Sequence record: PZ154896.1
DNA length: 64,000 nt
Reading direction: 5' to 3' (one strand)
Source: a phage
The notes under the pieces were generated by a model, which saw only the letters and a list, made by a program, of their open reading frames with translations, did not search any database and had not been told where the DNA came from. This document shows positions 13,200 to 23,312 of this stretch, piece by piece (the first letter of the stretch is position 1; the number at the start of each line of letters is the position of its first letter). A program made the translations under genes and the position numbers.

Positions 13200-13451
13200 C
13201 TAGAACTTGATTTCTATCCAGTGCCCATCACGCTGGTCGTGATTAATTTTGTACTGAAAGCCGTTATCACGGAACCACTCCCCGATTTGCTCGGTGATAG
13301 TTAAATCATTCTTTGACGGATAGTATGTAAATTGTGTCTGGCCTTTGTCAGCGGCTTTCTCTGCCATCACAGAGAAGTTAGCAATAAAATCTTTCAACAA
13401 ATTGGCTTTAGTGGCCAGGGCCCTTTCTCTTAATTCCTGTGCAAAACTCAT
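13200..13451 (-). CDS. hypothetical protein (position of T4 24.2)
   Basis: 83 aa ORF; synteny only. Confidence 0.55.
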   Translation of the reverse strand: MSFAQELRERALATKANLLKDFIANFSVMAEKAADKGQTQFTYYPSKNDLTITEQIGEWFRDNGFQYKINHDQRDGHWIEIKF

Positions 13452-13654
13452 TTCTTCACCTTTCTGTTAATCAAACGTTTACGGTATACAACTTTTTCTT
13501 TTGCTTTAAACTTTGACCGAGCTGTCTCGGCTTTAGTCCATAGTAATCCAACTTCTTTAGGTTGTAAACCGATTTTTTGAGCAATTTCTACGAATGAAAA
13601 TCCCGCCTCATGTAATGTATAAACTTCAACTTCAACTCTCATAATCAATCCCAT
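13448..13654 (-). CDS. hypothetical protein (position of T4 24.3)
   Basis: 68 aa ORF; overlapping stop/start with downstream gene. Confidence 0.5.
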   Translation of the reverse strand: MGLIMRVEVEVYTLHEAGFSFVEIAQKIGLQPKEVGLLWTKAETARSKFKAKEKVVYRKRLINRKVKK

Positions 13655-13721
13655 ATCATTTGGTTTGTGCCATTATACATCAATCTCAAGATGTGTTTTG
13701 TATGCTTTAAAAACGAAGAAA

Positions 13722-13735
13722 GGGGCCGAAGCCCC
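13722..13735 (-). terminator. tetraloop terminator after hoc
   Basis: GGGGC-CGAA-GCCCC; U-rich on - strand. Confidence 0.55.
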
Positions 13736-13741
13736 TTACGA

Positions 13742-14584
13742 TTATGGATAGGTATAGATGATACCAGTTTCTAAAGCAGTTTTATGGATGATGTATCCAT
13801 TACGTGATTCTTGAACATCAACTTCCGGATAGTCTTTCATCATCTTCTGAAGAGTGTAACGATGCAGGTAGTATTTACTATCTGGGTCGTCAGTTTTCCA
13901 ATCTTTACCTTCTTCAGTCATTTTTTGGATTTCATCCATAACCCACCAACCGCACCAGATATAAGCTGAAGTACGATGTGGAAGAGGATGAACATAAGGT
14001 AGTTCACCTTCTGGTTCTGGAGCAACTTTATCAGTTACCTGAACTTGACCTTCTGCTGTAATAGTTTTGCTATCATAATCAGTAGCAGTAATAGTTGCAG
14101 TAACTTCAATAGTTTGACTTCCAACAGATGAAGTATCAACGGTATATACATTAGTTGACCCTTCTACAGGAGAAGAATCTTTCTTCCATGAATATTCGAT
14201 TTGCGCTTCTTCAGGAGCATCGGTTACATTAGCAGTAAATGTAGCCGAAGCATCTTGATGAACGTTAATAGAAGGAGGAGTCAATGTAACCTGTGGATTC
14301 ATTGTCTTCTTATTAACCGTGATAGTCGTAGTAATTTCTGCTGTTTCAGCTTCAGTATCAGGAATAGTATTTGTTGCAACAACTTTAATTGTTTTTGTTC
14401 CAGCAGGTCCTTTTAACACATAATCAAAAGTTTCTGCCGATCCTACTTGAGGAGCACCGTCTACACTCCATGCATAGGTAATAGTTCCACCTCCAGTTTC
14501 ACCACTGGGAGTAGCAGTAAACTGCTTAGTCTCATCTATAACTCCAGTAGGTGTTTTAGGAGTTATATCAACTGTAAAAGCCAT
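13742..14584 (-). CDS. hoc: highly immunogenic outer capsid protein Hoc (short form)
   Basis: 280 aa; Ig-like repeats plus C-terminal capsid-binding domain matching T4 Hoc C-terminus; shorter than T4 Hoc (376 aa). Confidence 0.85.
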   Translation of the reverse strand: MAFTVDITPKTPTGVIDETKQFTATPSGETGGGTITYAWSVDGAPQVGSAETFDYVLKGPAGTKTIKVVATNTIPDTEAETAEITTTITVNKKTMNPQVTLTPPSINVHQDASATFTANVTDAPEEAQIEYSWKKDSSPVEGSTNVYTVDTSSVGSQTIEVTATITATDYDSKTITAEGQVQVTDKVAPEPEGELPYVHPLPHRTSAYIWCGWWVMDEIQKMTEEGKDWKTDDPDSKYYLHRYTLQKMMKDYPEVDVQESRNGYIIHKTALETGIIYTYP

Positions 14585-14593
14585 AAGTTATCC

Positions 14594-15262
14594 TTATTTT
14601 AATGTTACGAAAGAAGAATTACGAGATTCACGAATTAGAACTGATCCATCGCGATTAATATAATAAATTAAGCTAAATAATGTTTGGTGAGCAGAAGCAT
14701 GCACAAAACTAGTTGGGCGAGATTTCCAATCCGGGGTTTCGGCTATCCATTGATAAATCCACCAAGGAACAGTAACATATCCTGGGCTTTTGCCTAATTT
14801 AATGAGTGTAGGACTAAAATTTTCAGGCAGAACAAATGTTACTTCTTTATTTACCTCTGCCTCAGGCTCTTTTTCAGATTCAACAACCTGAGTAATTGCT
14901 TCTTCGAATTTATCATGGTCGAATTCTTTTTCTTGTTCGACAACTTCTAATACTTCAACTTGTTCTGTTGGAGAATCAAACAACAGAATAGCTTCTTCTT
15001 TAACTTCTTCGTTGGTGAAATTAACACCGTCCACATCATCTGCTGCAGTAATTAAATCGGTGATAGATAATCCATCAGTTTCAGGTAATGGTTCATCAGC
15101 CAGTGCGTTAAGAGCTTCTTCGATATCAATAACAATATTATCGAATGATTTTGTTTTCTTAACACTAATACCAAATTGTTTCGCATATTCGAACAGTTTA
15201 GCTTTGGCTTCCTTTTTATCAGAAAGAGCACGTAACTCTTCAATATAGTCTTTATCGATCAT
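14594..15262 (-). CDS. inh: inhibitor of prohead protease
   Basis: 222 aa; synteny with T4 inh between hoc and uvsW; acidic. Confidence 0.7.
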   Translation of the reverse strand: MIDKDYIEELRALSDKKEAKAKLFEYAKQFGISVKKTKSFDNIVIDIEEALNALADEPLPETDGLSITDLITAADDVDGVNFTNEEVKEEAILLFDSPTEQVEVLEVVEQEKEFDHDKFEEAITQVVESEKEPEAEVNKEVTFVLPENFSPTLIKLGKSPGYVTVPWWIYQWIAETPDWKSRPTSFVHASAHQTLFSLIYYINRDGSVLIRESRNSSFVTLK

Positions 15263-15275
15263 GATATTTCCTCAT

Positions 15276-15283
15276 TATAAATA
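15276..15283 (+). promoter_or_regulatory. late promoter TATAAATA for uvsW
   Basis: exact motif in inh-uvsW intergenic region. Confidence 0.6.
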
Positions 15284-15312
15284 TAACTATATTTATTACA
15301 TGGTAATTTGAC

Positions 15313-16827
15313 ATGACTGACATTAAAGTACATTTTTATGATTTTAGTCACGTGCGCATTGAATGCGACGAAAGTACGTTTTACGAACTTCGTGACTTTT
15401 TTAGCTTTGAAGCTGACGGGTATAAATTTAACCCAAAATATCGATATGGGCAATGGGATGGTAGAATTCGACTTTTAGATTATAACCGTTTGTTACCATA
15501 TGGACTTGTAGGACAAATAAAAAAGTTCTGTAACAATATGAGTTATTCTGTATGGATTGACCCTAAAATCTTTGAGACCGAAGATCTTACCAGGGAAGAT
15601 TTTGACGCATGGCTTTCTAAACATGAAATTTATTCGGGCAACGCCAAAATCGAACCACATTGGTATCAAAAAGATGCAGTATACGAAGGACTAGTTAATC
15701 GTCGTCGAATTTTAAACCTTCCGACATCAGCAGGTAAATCACTAATCCAAGCACTTTTAGCTCGATATTATCTAGAGAATTATGAAGGTAAAATTCTCAT
15801 TATCGTCCCTACAACAGCATTGACAACCCAGATGGCTAATGATTTTGTTGATTATCGCTTGTTTAGTCATTCGATGATTAAGAAAATTGGCGGCGGTGCT
15901 GATAAAGCGGACAGAGCTAAAAACGACGCTCCAATTATTGTTGGTACATGGCAAACAGTAGTTAAGCAGCCTAAAGAATGGTTCTCTCAATTCGGTATGA
16001 TGATGAATGATGAATGCCACTTAGCCACAGGCAAAAGTATTTCTTCAATCATCTCAGGATTAAATAATTGCATGTTTAAATTCGGTTTATCTGGCTCATT
16101 AAGAGACGGAAAAGCCAATGTAATGCAGTACGTAGGTATGTTCGGCGAAATCTTCCGTCCTGTTAGCACGTCTAAATTAATGGAAGACGGACAGGTAACT
16201 GAGCTTAAGATTAATAGTATTTTCCTTCGTTATCCGGACGAATTCACTGTTAAATTAAAAGGTAAAACATACCAAGAAGAAGTTAAAATTATTACCGGAC
16301 TAAAACGACGTACAAAGTGGATTGCTCAACTTTCAGTCAAATTGGCTAAGAAAGACGAAAACGCTTTTGTAATGTTTAAACACGTTACACACGGTAAAGA
16401 AATATTTGAAGCTATTAAAGAGCTTGGATACGAAAAAGTTTATTACGTATCAGGTGAAGTTGATACTGAAACACGTAACGCGCTTAAAGTCATGGCAGAA
16501 AATGGTAAAGGCATTATTATTGTCGCATCATATGGAGTATTCTCTACTGGTATTTCAGTCAAGAATCTTCATCATGTTATTTTCGCCCATGGTGTTAAAT
16601 CAAAAATTATCGTACTTCAAACCGTAGGTCGTGTGCTTCGTAAGCATGGTTCTAAAGCTGTTGCTACAGTTTGGGATCTCATAGATGACGCAGGTGTAAA
16701 ACCTAAATCATTAAATACTAAAAAGAAGTATACTCATCTTAATTACTTGTTAAAACACGGTATTGATCGTATCCAACGTTACGCTGATGAGAAATTTAAC
16801 TATGTAATGAAAACAATTAATTTATAA
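15313..16827 (+). CDS. uvsW: UvsW RNA-DNA and DNA-DNA helicase
   Basis: 504 aa; SF2 helicase motifs (GKS Walker A, DECH box); synteny; late promoter upstream. Confidence 0.93.
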   Translation: MTDIKVHFYDFSHVRIECDESTFYELRDFFSFEADGYKFNPKYRYGQWDGRIRLLDYNRLLPYGLVGQIKKFCNNMSYSVWIDPKIFETEDLTREDFDAWLSKHEIYSGNAKIEPHWYQKDAVYEGLVNRRRILNLPTSAGKSLIQALLARYYLENYEGKILIIVPTTALTTQMANDFVDYRLFSHSMIKKIGGGADKADRAKNDAPIIVGTWQTVVKQPKEWFSQFGMMMNDECHLATGKSISSIISGLNNCMFKFGLSGSLRDGKANVMQYVGMFGEIFRPVSTSKLMEDGQVTELKINSIFLRYPDEFTVKLKGKTYQEEVKIITGLKRRTKWIAQLSVKLAKKDENAFVMFKHVTHGKEIFEAIKELGYEKVYYVSGEVDTETRNALKVMAENGKGIIIVASYGVFSTGISVKNLHHVIFAHGVKSKIIVLQTVGRVLRKHGSKAVATVWDLIDDAGVKPKSLNTKKKYTHLNYLLKHGIDRIQRYADEKFNYVMKTINL

Positions 16828-16852
16828 GGGCTTCGGCCCTTAGGAGATAAAA

Positions 16853-17086
16853 ATGGTACTTGAATTTAAACAATTTTTATACGAAGCATCTATTGACGAA
16901 TTCATGGGTAAAATTGCTAGTTGTCATACCTTAGAAGGGCTTGAAGAATTGGAAGCTTATTATAAGAAACGTATAAAAGAAACGGAATTAAAAGATACAG
17001 ATGATATTTCTGTCAGGGATGCCTTAGCAGGTAAGCGTGCCGAACTTGAAGGCGACGATGATGAGGATGAGGAAGAAGACTTCTAA
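16853..17086 (+). CDS. uvsW.1: UvsW.1 small acidic-tailed protein
   Basis: 77 aa; SD TAGGAGA upstream; C-terminal D/E run; synteny. Confidence 0.7.
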   Translation: MVLEFKQFLYEASIDEFMGKIASCHTLEGLEELEAYYKKRIKETELKDTDDISVRDALAGKRAELEGDDDEDEEEDF

Positions 17087-17142
17087 TTAAAAAAGGCCCG
17101 ACCTTTTTGGAAGGGCCAAAAACCATAGGCAAAAAGGTAACA

Positions 17143-17310
17143 CTATAGTAAAAGTTGGGTTTCGTTCAATTGCTCTTCTGAACTTTCTGAAACCGGCATT
17201 TGTTGGACATAATTATAACAAGGCCCAGGATGTGCTGGACCTTTGTCTGTTTCAACAACCAATGCAGAATCGATTGGAGTTTTACAGACAACACAAATCT
17301 TATCTGACAT
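17143..17310 (-). CDS. small hypothetical protein with CxxC...C motif (below ORF-track cut-off)
   Basis: 55 aa hand-translated (MSDKICVVCKTPIDSALVVETDKGPAHPGPCYNYVQQMPVSESSEEQLNETQLLL); SD AGGAGG 6 nt before ATG; TATAAATA on - strand about 30 nt upstream. Confidence 0.5.
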   Translation of the reverse strand: MSDKICVVCKTPIDSALVVETDKGPAHPGPCYNYVQQMPVSESSEEQLNETQLLL

Positions 17311-17339
17311 GATTGCCTCCTAAGTTGAAATTACATATC

Positions 17340-17347
17340 TATTTATA
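17340..17347 (-). promoter_or_regulatory. late promoter TATAAATA (- strand) for the 55-aa ORF
   Basis: exact motif on - strand overlapping uvsY.-2 stop. Confidence 0.5.
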
Positions 17348-17567
17348 TCACTCGCATACACATATCGATACCCATATCTTTTGTATAAAAATACTCGTCG
17401 ATGTACCCGGCAAACTTCCCTTTAATATAAAGGACGTCTTCGCCACAAGGGTGGTCTGCCAGAATACGAATATCCTGACGACGTAGATGATACTTTTCCA
17501 TTAAGAATTTAATTTCAGTTTCAAATTCTTCATCATTATTAAAGGCATCTTCAATTGAATAACGCAT
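17343..17567 (-). CDS. hypothetical protein (position of T4 uvsY.-2)
   Basis: 74 aa; start overlaps uvsY stop. Confidence 0.6.
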   Translation of the reverse strand: MRYSIEDAFNNDEEFETEIKFLMEKYHLRRQDIRILADHPCGEDVLYIKGKFAGYIDEYFYTKDMGIDMCMRVI

Positions 17568-17980
17568 TATTGCCCCGCTTCAAATTCTCGCATATCCTGG
17601 ATATGTTTAAGTGCAAAACTACGAGACTTAACTGCGTCAAGTGCACCACTACAGAACTCAAGTAAAATTCCCCAGTATTGTAAAGTAGTCTCTATTTTAA
17701 GCACATCTTTATCTGCAGCCAGGACAGTTTTCATTTCAGATTTCTCGTATCGGTCCATACTGAATTCATCACCGTCACCTCGTCCCGAGTAGTAGTCTAA
17801 TCTTGCTTTTAGAGCAGTTTTCTTCTGAGTCTCTATACGCAACATTTCTTTACGAATAAATGAGTGCTTACGTAGCCATTTGCTGTATAACTTAACATTA
17901 TTCGCTGTCTCATATTGCAACTTTGTCATATCAATAGCTAAGTCTGCGTCTAACTCTTCCTGTAAATCTTCCAGCTTCAT
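17567..17980 (-). CDS. uvsY: UvsY recombination mediator
   Basis: 137 aa from internal Met (MKLEDLQEEL...), matching T4 UvsY length and sequence; the longer 164-aa track ORF is rejected. Confidence 0.9.
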   Translation of the reverse strand: MKLEDLQEELDADLAIDMTKLQYETANNVKLYSKWLRKHSFIRKEMLRIETQKKTALKARLDYYSGRGDGDEFSMDRYEKSEMKTVLAADKDVLKIETTLQYWGILLEFCSGALDAVKSRSFALKHIQDMREFEAGQ

Positions 17981-18035
17981 AATGTTCTCTCTTTTAACTA
18001 ATAATCTCCCGGCTGTATCGGAAGGACCTAAAACC

Positions 18036-18061
18036 ATTATACACAGGTTGCCTTGAAGCAT
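18036..18061 (-). promoter_or_regulatory. candidate MotA-dependent middle promoter for uvsY
   Basis: - strand ATGCTTCA about 12 nt upstream of TATAAT, in the 25-uvsY intergenic region. Confidence 0.35.
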
Positions 18062-18459
18062 TACACTCTATTGCTTGACGCTAACTGAAGTTTAATTTGT
18101 TCAATATCGTCAGGGTTATCTACGACCGAAAATCTAATCTCTACTATAACCGTATAGTCATCATATACTGGCGTTACACTTACAGAAAGTTTGTCGATGC
18201 GTGGCTCATAGTTACGGACGGCTGCCTGGATATTACGCTCAATCGTATCGGCTGTAAGCGGTGTCATGTTCTCGAAAAGTTCGTCGACCAAATCGCATCC
18301 AAATTCAGGGTCGAAGGGGCGTGAGCCTTTTCTAGTTGTCACTATGCCAAGAAGACTATTTTTAATAGAACGAAGTCCTACAGAACGAGCAACGTCCTTG
18401 TTCCAATCCATACGCATTTCTGGGTCGATATCTGAATAAAGTTTATTGATATTAGACAT
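18061..18459 (-). CDS. 25: baseplate wedge protein
   Basis: 132 aa as in T4 gp25; synteny. Confidence 0.88.
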   Translation of the reverse strand: MSNINKLYSDIDPEMRMDWNKDVARSVGLRSIKNSLLGIVTTRKGSRPFDPEFGCDLVDELFENMTPLTADTIERNIQAAVRNYEPRIDKLSVSVTPVYDDYTVIVEIRFSVVDNPDDIEQIKLQLASSNRV

Positions 18460-19085
18460 TATAGTAACTCAAAGAATTCTTTGAGGCCTCGTATTGTGTG
18501 AACGTGTGACGCCCCACATTTGGGACATTTAATAGGGGTTGCCAGATAAATTGATGGCGATACCAAAAGATTTTTAATATTGATCATGTCATCTTCTGTT
18601 ATAAGGCCGTAAAGGTCGTTTATTTCTGCTTCAGTTAAATCTTCAACAGGGATAGACTCTCCATTGACAAAAACGGCCTCAATACATGAAGCAATCATTA
18701 ATGCTATATTTTTATCGTCAAATAATTTAGGTTGACGGAACTTAATTTTAATACCGCTGAACGAATACCAGGGATCGGCCTGTTCATCTAATTGAGTGTG
18801 CAATAAATTCATATAGACTTGAAATGAATGCCCACAGGAACAATTCCAGGTGTGTTCTTGATTCACTTCACCTAATGAATGTGCCCACAGATTTACCAAC
18901 AATAGCTCTGCTTCTTGTTTAGACAAGTTTTTAGCGTTAGAACAATTAGTGATAATATCGTTCACTGCTGATTCAATAGTACCGGTAGCCCGTGCACCTA
19001 TGAGTCCTAAATATTCTTTTAAAGTAAAGGCTCTACAATTCACTTCTTTATCGCCTAAACGTACGGTAAACGTATATTTGTACAT
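18459..19085 (-). CDS. 26: baseplate hub protein
   Basis: 208 aa as in T4 gp26; SD AAGGAG; divergent from gene 51. Confidence 0.85.
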   Translation of the reverse strand: MYKYTFTVRLGDKEVNCRAFTLKEYLGLIGARATGTIESAVNDIITNCSNAKNLSKQEAELLLVNLWAHSLGEVNQEHTWNCSCGHSFQVYMNLLHTQLDEQADPWYSFSGIKIKFRQPKLFDDKNIALMIASCIEAVFVNGESIPVEDLTEAEINDLYGLITEDDMINIKNLLVSPSIYLATPIKCPKCGASHVHTIRGLKEFFELL

Positions 19086-19103
19086 GTTAACTCCTTTATT
19101 GTG

Positions 19104-19115
19104 TATTTATAAATA
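19104..19115. promoter_or_regulatory. palindromic bidirectional late promoter (TATTTATAAATA) for divergent genes 26 and 51
   Basis: 12-nt perfect palindrome carrying TATAAATA on both strands between divergent baseplate operons. Confidence 0.6.
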
Positions 19116-19132
19116 ATAGAAAAGGAGTAATT

Positions 19133-19885
19133 ATGGCTAATATAATTCGTTGTAAATTACCGGATGGTGTTCATCGTTTTAAGCCGTTCACTGTGGCGGA
19201 TTATAGAGACTTTTTACTAGTTAGAAATGATATCGAACATCGTTCGCCGCAAGAACAAAAAGAAATAATTGCCGATCTGATTGATGATTATTTTGGCGAG
19301 TACCCTAAAACATGGCAACCATTTATATTCCTGCAAGTTTTTGCAGGCTCTATAGGCAAAACAAAAGTTCCTGTTATTTTCACTTGCCCTAAATGCTCTA
19401 AAGAAAAAACTGCACCATTTGAGATATATCAAAAAGAACTAGTCGAACCTGAACTTGATGTTGCTGGTATAAAAATACGTTTTTCTTTCCCTGAAAAGTT
19501 TTATGACAATAAAGCATTAATGATAAGTGAAAACATAAAAGAAATATATTATAATGATGAATGGTACCCATGGAATGATTTGACCGAAGAGAACCAAATC
19601 CAAGTAATAGAAGCAATAGACATTGACTCGCTCGAGAAGGTTATTGCTTCTATGAACCCTATTAATTTGACCCTTAGATTAGGTTGTTGTGAACGTCATG
19701 TTAAAACATATACTGATATCTTAGAGGTTTTTAAATTGTTAGTTAACCCTGATGAGATTTTTACATTCTATCAGATAAACCATTCACTAGTAAAGAGTCA
19801 ATACACATTGGATTCTATTATGCAAATGATTCCTGTTGAACGTGGTATTGCTTTAACATTAGTAGAAAAGGACCATAAAAAATGA
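19133..19885 (+). CDS. 51: baseplate hub assembly protein
   Basis: 250 aa; SD AAAGGAG; synteny. Confidence 0.85.
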   Translation: MANIIRCKLPDGVHRFKPFTVADYRDFLLVRNDIEHRSPQEQKEIIADLIDDYFGEYPKTWQPFIFLQVFAGSIGKTKVPVIFTCPKCSKEKTAPFEIYQKELVEPELDVAGIKIRFSFPEKFYDNKALMISENIKEIYYNDEWYPWNDLTEENQIQVIEAIDIDSLEKVIASMNPINLTLRLGCCERHVKTYTDILEVFKLLVNPDEIFTFYQINHSLVKSQYTLDSIMQMIPVERGIALTLVEKDHKK

Positions 19886-21054
19886 CAGTATTCCAACGTC
19901 CAGGATATCCTAACTTAAGCGTTAAATTATATCAAGATTATTCGGCTTGGCAAGAAAATAGATATGTTGAACTCGCAGCAACAATAACAACTTTAACCAT
20001 GCGAGATTCGCTATATGGAAGAAATGAAGGGATTCTTCAATTTTATGACACTAAAAACATCCACACTAAAATGGATGGTAGACAGATAGTCCAAATCTCT
20101 GTTTCAAATTCAAACACACCTCTCCAAGTTAGAACTCGAATTTATGGATGTAGACATTATTCTGTGTCTGTGGACTCAAAAGGTGACAATATTATTGCAA
20201 TTGAGCTTGGAACAATACATTCTATAGAGAACCTTAAATTTGGGCGACCATTCTTCTCAGACGCAGGAGAATCTATACGTGAAATGTTAGGTGTCATATA
20301 TAAAGACCGTACGTTAATTACTCCGCCAATAAACACTATTAATGCTTATGTTCCTGATATTCCTTGGACAAGCACATTTGATGATTATTTGGCATATGTC
20401 AGAGAATTAGGACTTGCTACAGCGAGTGATAAGTTCGTATTCGTATGGCAAGATATTTTAGGCGTAAACATGATTGACTATGATACTCTTATTGGTCAGG
20501 AAGGCATTAAGATGGTTGTAGGTGAGCCAAATACTGTAGGTCAGTATATTCAAGAGCTTGAGTATCCATTGGTATGGGATTTCACCTGGATGACTAAAGC
20601 TAACCAATTTACAAGAGACCCTATTAAAAACGCCACGATATTCGCTCATTCATTTTTAGATACATCTATTCCGGTTATTGTTACAGGCGATGGTGATAAT
20701 GCTATTCTTGTGTCAAGATCAGGTGGATATTCCGAAATGACCTATCGTAATGGATTTGAAGAAGCAAGTCGTCTTCAGACAATGGCTCAATATGACGGAT
20801 ATGCTAAATGCACTACTACAGGTAATTTTAACATAACGCCTGCTACTAAAATTATATTTGTTGACCAAAAGAACCAATTCAAATCCGAATTTTACGTGGA
20901 TGAAGTTATTCATGAGTTATCAAATAACAACTCACAAACTCATCTGTACATGTTTACCAACTCGATGGTGTTAGAACCTGTTAACCCAGTTAAGGTTAAA
21001 AATGAACTTAAATCTGATTCTACCTCTAAAGAAAATAATTCTACCACAGTCTAA
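19882..21054 (+). CDS. 27: baseplate hub protein
   Basis: 390 aa vs 391 in T4. Confidence 0.9.
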   Translation: MTVFQRPGYPNLSVKLYQDYSAWQENRYVELAATITTLTMRDSLYGRNEGILQFYDTKNIHTKMDGRQIVQISVSNSNTPLQVRTRIYGCRHYSVSVDSKGDNIIAIELGTIHSIENLKFGRPFFSDAGESIREMLGVIYKDRTLITPPINTINAYVPDIPWTSTFDDYLAYVRELGLATASDKFVFVWQDILGVNMIDYDTLIGQEGIKMVVGEPNTVGQYIQELEYPLVWDFTWMTKANQFTRDPIKNATIFAHSFLDTSIPVIVTGDGDNAILVSRSGGYSEMTYRNGFEEASRLQTMAQYDGYAKCTTTGNFNITPATKIIFVDQKNQFKSEFYVDEVIHELSNNNSQTHLYMFTNSMVLEPVNPVKVKNELKSDSTSKENNSTTV

Positions 21055-21535
21055 TAAAAAGGTAATGATTCCCAAATTAGGGCTCAAACATTATAATCTT
21101 TTAAAGGACGTTAAAGGCCCTGATGAAAACATGAAAATCTTAGCAGATTCTATTTGTAAAAATATGAGTCCAGCAGATTTTGATTTTGCATGTCTACACA
21201 TATTGGAATTTAATAACAAACTTAAGTCTGAAGTTGAAAAAGATGGATTCACTTATAAACTAGATGACGTCTATGTATGCCAACGAACAGAATTCCAATT
21301 TCAAGGTAATACTTTTTATTTTAGACCCCCAGGCAAATTTGAACAATTCGCTACAATCAGTGAAATGCTATCAAATTGCTTAATAAAAGTTAATGACGAA
21401 GAGAAAGAAATTTCTTTCCTTGAGATGCCTGCTTTTGTAATCAAATGGGCAGAAGACCTTTCGACAACTATTGCTATTCCAGGCCCTAATGGCCCTATTA
21501 AGGGTATAGCAGAAATTATTGGATTGCTTGAATGA
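21002..21535 (+). CDS. 28: baseplate hub distal protein
   Basis: 177 aa; full-length match to T4 gp28; overlaps gene 27 by 53 nt. Confidence 0.88.
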   Translation: MNLNLILPLKKIILPQSNKKVMIPKLGLKHYNLLKDVKGPDENMKILADSICKNMSPADFDFACLHILEFNNKLKSEVEKDGFTYKLDDVYVCQRTEFQFQGNTFYFRPPGKFEQFATISEMLSNCLIKVNDEEKEISFLEMPAFVIKWAEDLSTTIAIPGPNGPIKGIAEIIGLLE

Positions 21536-23304
21536 AACCTGAAGAAATGAAATCCATGCGTAGAAATAAGGTCATTGCCGATAATAAACCACAAAAAGTA
21601 GCTGCAACAGCAGCTACTGATTCATTAGAAGCATTGAATGACATTTCATCAAAACTAGACGATGTCCAAGCCGCGTCTGAACTCACATCACAAAGTGTAG
21701 AAGATAAAGGCAATGGAATTATTGAATCAATTGGAGACTTAAAGAATTCGACAGATAATACTGCTGAAGGCACAGAGCTTATCGCAGAAGTTATTGAAAA
21801 ACAAACTGAAGTCACTAAAAGTATAAACGAAGTTTCTAGTGCAATAAGCTCCAAGTTAGACCGATTAGCTACATTATTAGAGCAAAAATTACAAACATCT
21901 ACCGCTATTCAAAATACAGGAGGCACCTCTCTTGAAGTAATTGAGAACGCAATACCTGTTAAAGTGGTTGATAACGAAACTTATGATGAGTTGTTTAAAG
22001 CATTACCTACACCTGAAAAGATTGATAATAAGCCAGACGAAGATTTCTTCCCAGCCCCGGTTCAAGAAAGTGCTAATTCTACTTCTGATTCTAAAGGCGG
22101 GATTAGCTTTAAATTGAGCGATAAAATTGCAATGCTCACCAAAACAGTTCAAGCCGGGTTTAATAAATCAATATCAATTTCAGACAGAATTGCTGGAATG
22201 CTTTTCAAATACACTATAACGGCTGCTATTGAAGCAGCAAAAATGGCCGCACTTATTCTTGGTATTGTTATCGGTATTGATTTATTGATAGTCCATTTCA
22301 AATATTGGACAGACAAGTTCACTTCTGCCTGGGATTTATTTGATGAAAACTTTACTAAATTCTCCGATGAAGCTAAAGAGTGGGGTAAATTCTTAAGTGA
22401 TATATTCACTTCTATTGACTCTATAAAACAATTGTGGGAAGCTGGAGACTGGGGTGGTTTAACTGTTGCTATTGTCAAAGGTGTAGGAACAGCATTAATG
22501 AACTTAGGTGAACTAATTCAATTAGGAATGGCTAAACTCTCCGCGTCTATATTGCGTGCTATAGGTTTTGGTGATACCGCAGACGAAATAGAAGGACGTG
22601 CTTTGGAAGGATTCCAAGAAACTACTGGGAACACATTAAAGAAAGAAGACCAAGAGAAAGTCGCTAAATATCAAATGAAGCGTGACGACGGGGAATTAGG
22701 AACCGTTTCTAAAGGTCTTGATATGTTACAACGCGGCAAAACATTCGTTACTAACTGGGTTCGTGGTAATGACAATAAAGAAGAGTTTAGTACAAGCGAT
22801 GAGCGTGCTGCGGAATCGGCAAAATTAAAAGAGTTACCTGAAGAGGAGCGTAAAGAGGCGTATATAAAAGCTAATGAAACTCGTGCGGCACTAGTTAGAT
22901 TTGAGGATTATATCGATAAAATCGATATGACTAATCCAGAAAATGCTAAAAACGTCGAGAAGTCTTATGCTGATTTAAGTAAACTTATTAAAGACCCTGA
23001 ACTTAATAAAACTCCTGTTGTTAAAAAGGAATTAGATGCTAGATTTGAAAAGCTAAATAATAAAATGGCTGAAGCCAAAAAAGCTCAGACGACAGTTAAG
23101 CCTGAATCTTCGACTAAATCTCCGGAAGCAAAACAAGTTCAGTCAATAGAGAAAGGACGTGCTTCTGAATCTAAACAACAGCAACCGGTAGCGGCGATTA
23201 GTAACACAAATAATGTCGTCAAAAAGAATACCGTAGTCCAGAATATGACCCCTGTAACAAGTACAACGGCTCCTGGAATTTTCCATGCCACCGGTGTTAA
23301 TTAA
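21532..23304 (+). CDS. 29: tail-length tape measure / baseplate hub protein
   Basis: 590 aa as in T4 gp29; synteny. Confidence 0.9.
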   Translation: MKPEEMKSMRRNKVIADNKPQKVAATAATDSLEALNDISSKLDDVQAASELTSQSVEDKGNGIIESIGDLKNSTDNTAEGTELIAEVIEKQTEVTKSINEVSSAISSKLDRLATLLEQKLQTSTAIQNTGGTSLEVIENAIPVKVVDNETYDELFKALPTPEKIDNKPDEDFFPAPVQESANSTSDSKGGISFKLSDKIAMLTKTVQAGFNKSISISDRIAGMLFKYTITAAIEAAKMAALILGIVIGIDLLIVHFKYWTDKFTSAWDLFDENFTKFSDEAKEWGKFLSDIFTSIDSIKQLWEAGDWGGLTVAIVKGVGTALMNLGELIQLGMAKLSASILRAIGFGDTADEIEGRALEGFQETTGNTLKKEDQEKVAKYQMKRDDGELGTVSKGLDMLQRGKTFVTNWVRGNDNKEEFSTSDERAAESAKLKELPEEERKEAYIKANETRAALVRFEDYIDKIDMTNPENAKNVEKSYADLSKLIKDPELNKTPVVKKELDARFEKLNNKMAEAKKAQTTVKPESSTKSPEAKQVQSIEKGRASESKQQQPVAAISNTNNVVKKNTVVQNMTPVTSTTAPGIFHATGVN

Positions 23305-23312
23305 GGATTATT

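Noticed and set aside
17087-17130. Terminator after uvsW.1
   Set aside because: Alternative pairings (GGCCC/GGGCC versus AAAAAGG/CCTTTTT) are ambiguous and AT-rich; no stable stem could be assigned
17981-18061. N-terminal extension of uvsY (164-aa track ORF)
   Set aside because: The internal Met gives the 137-aa protein matching T4 UvsY; the extension runs into the 25-uvsY intergenic promoter region
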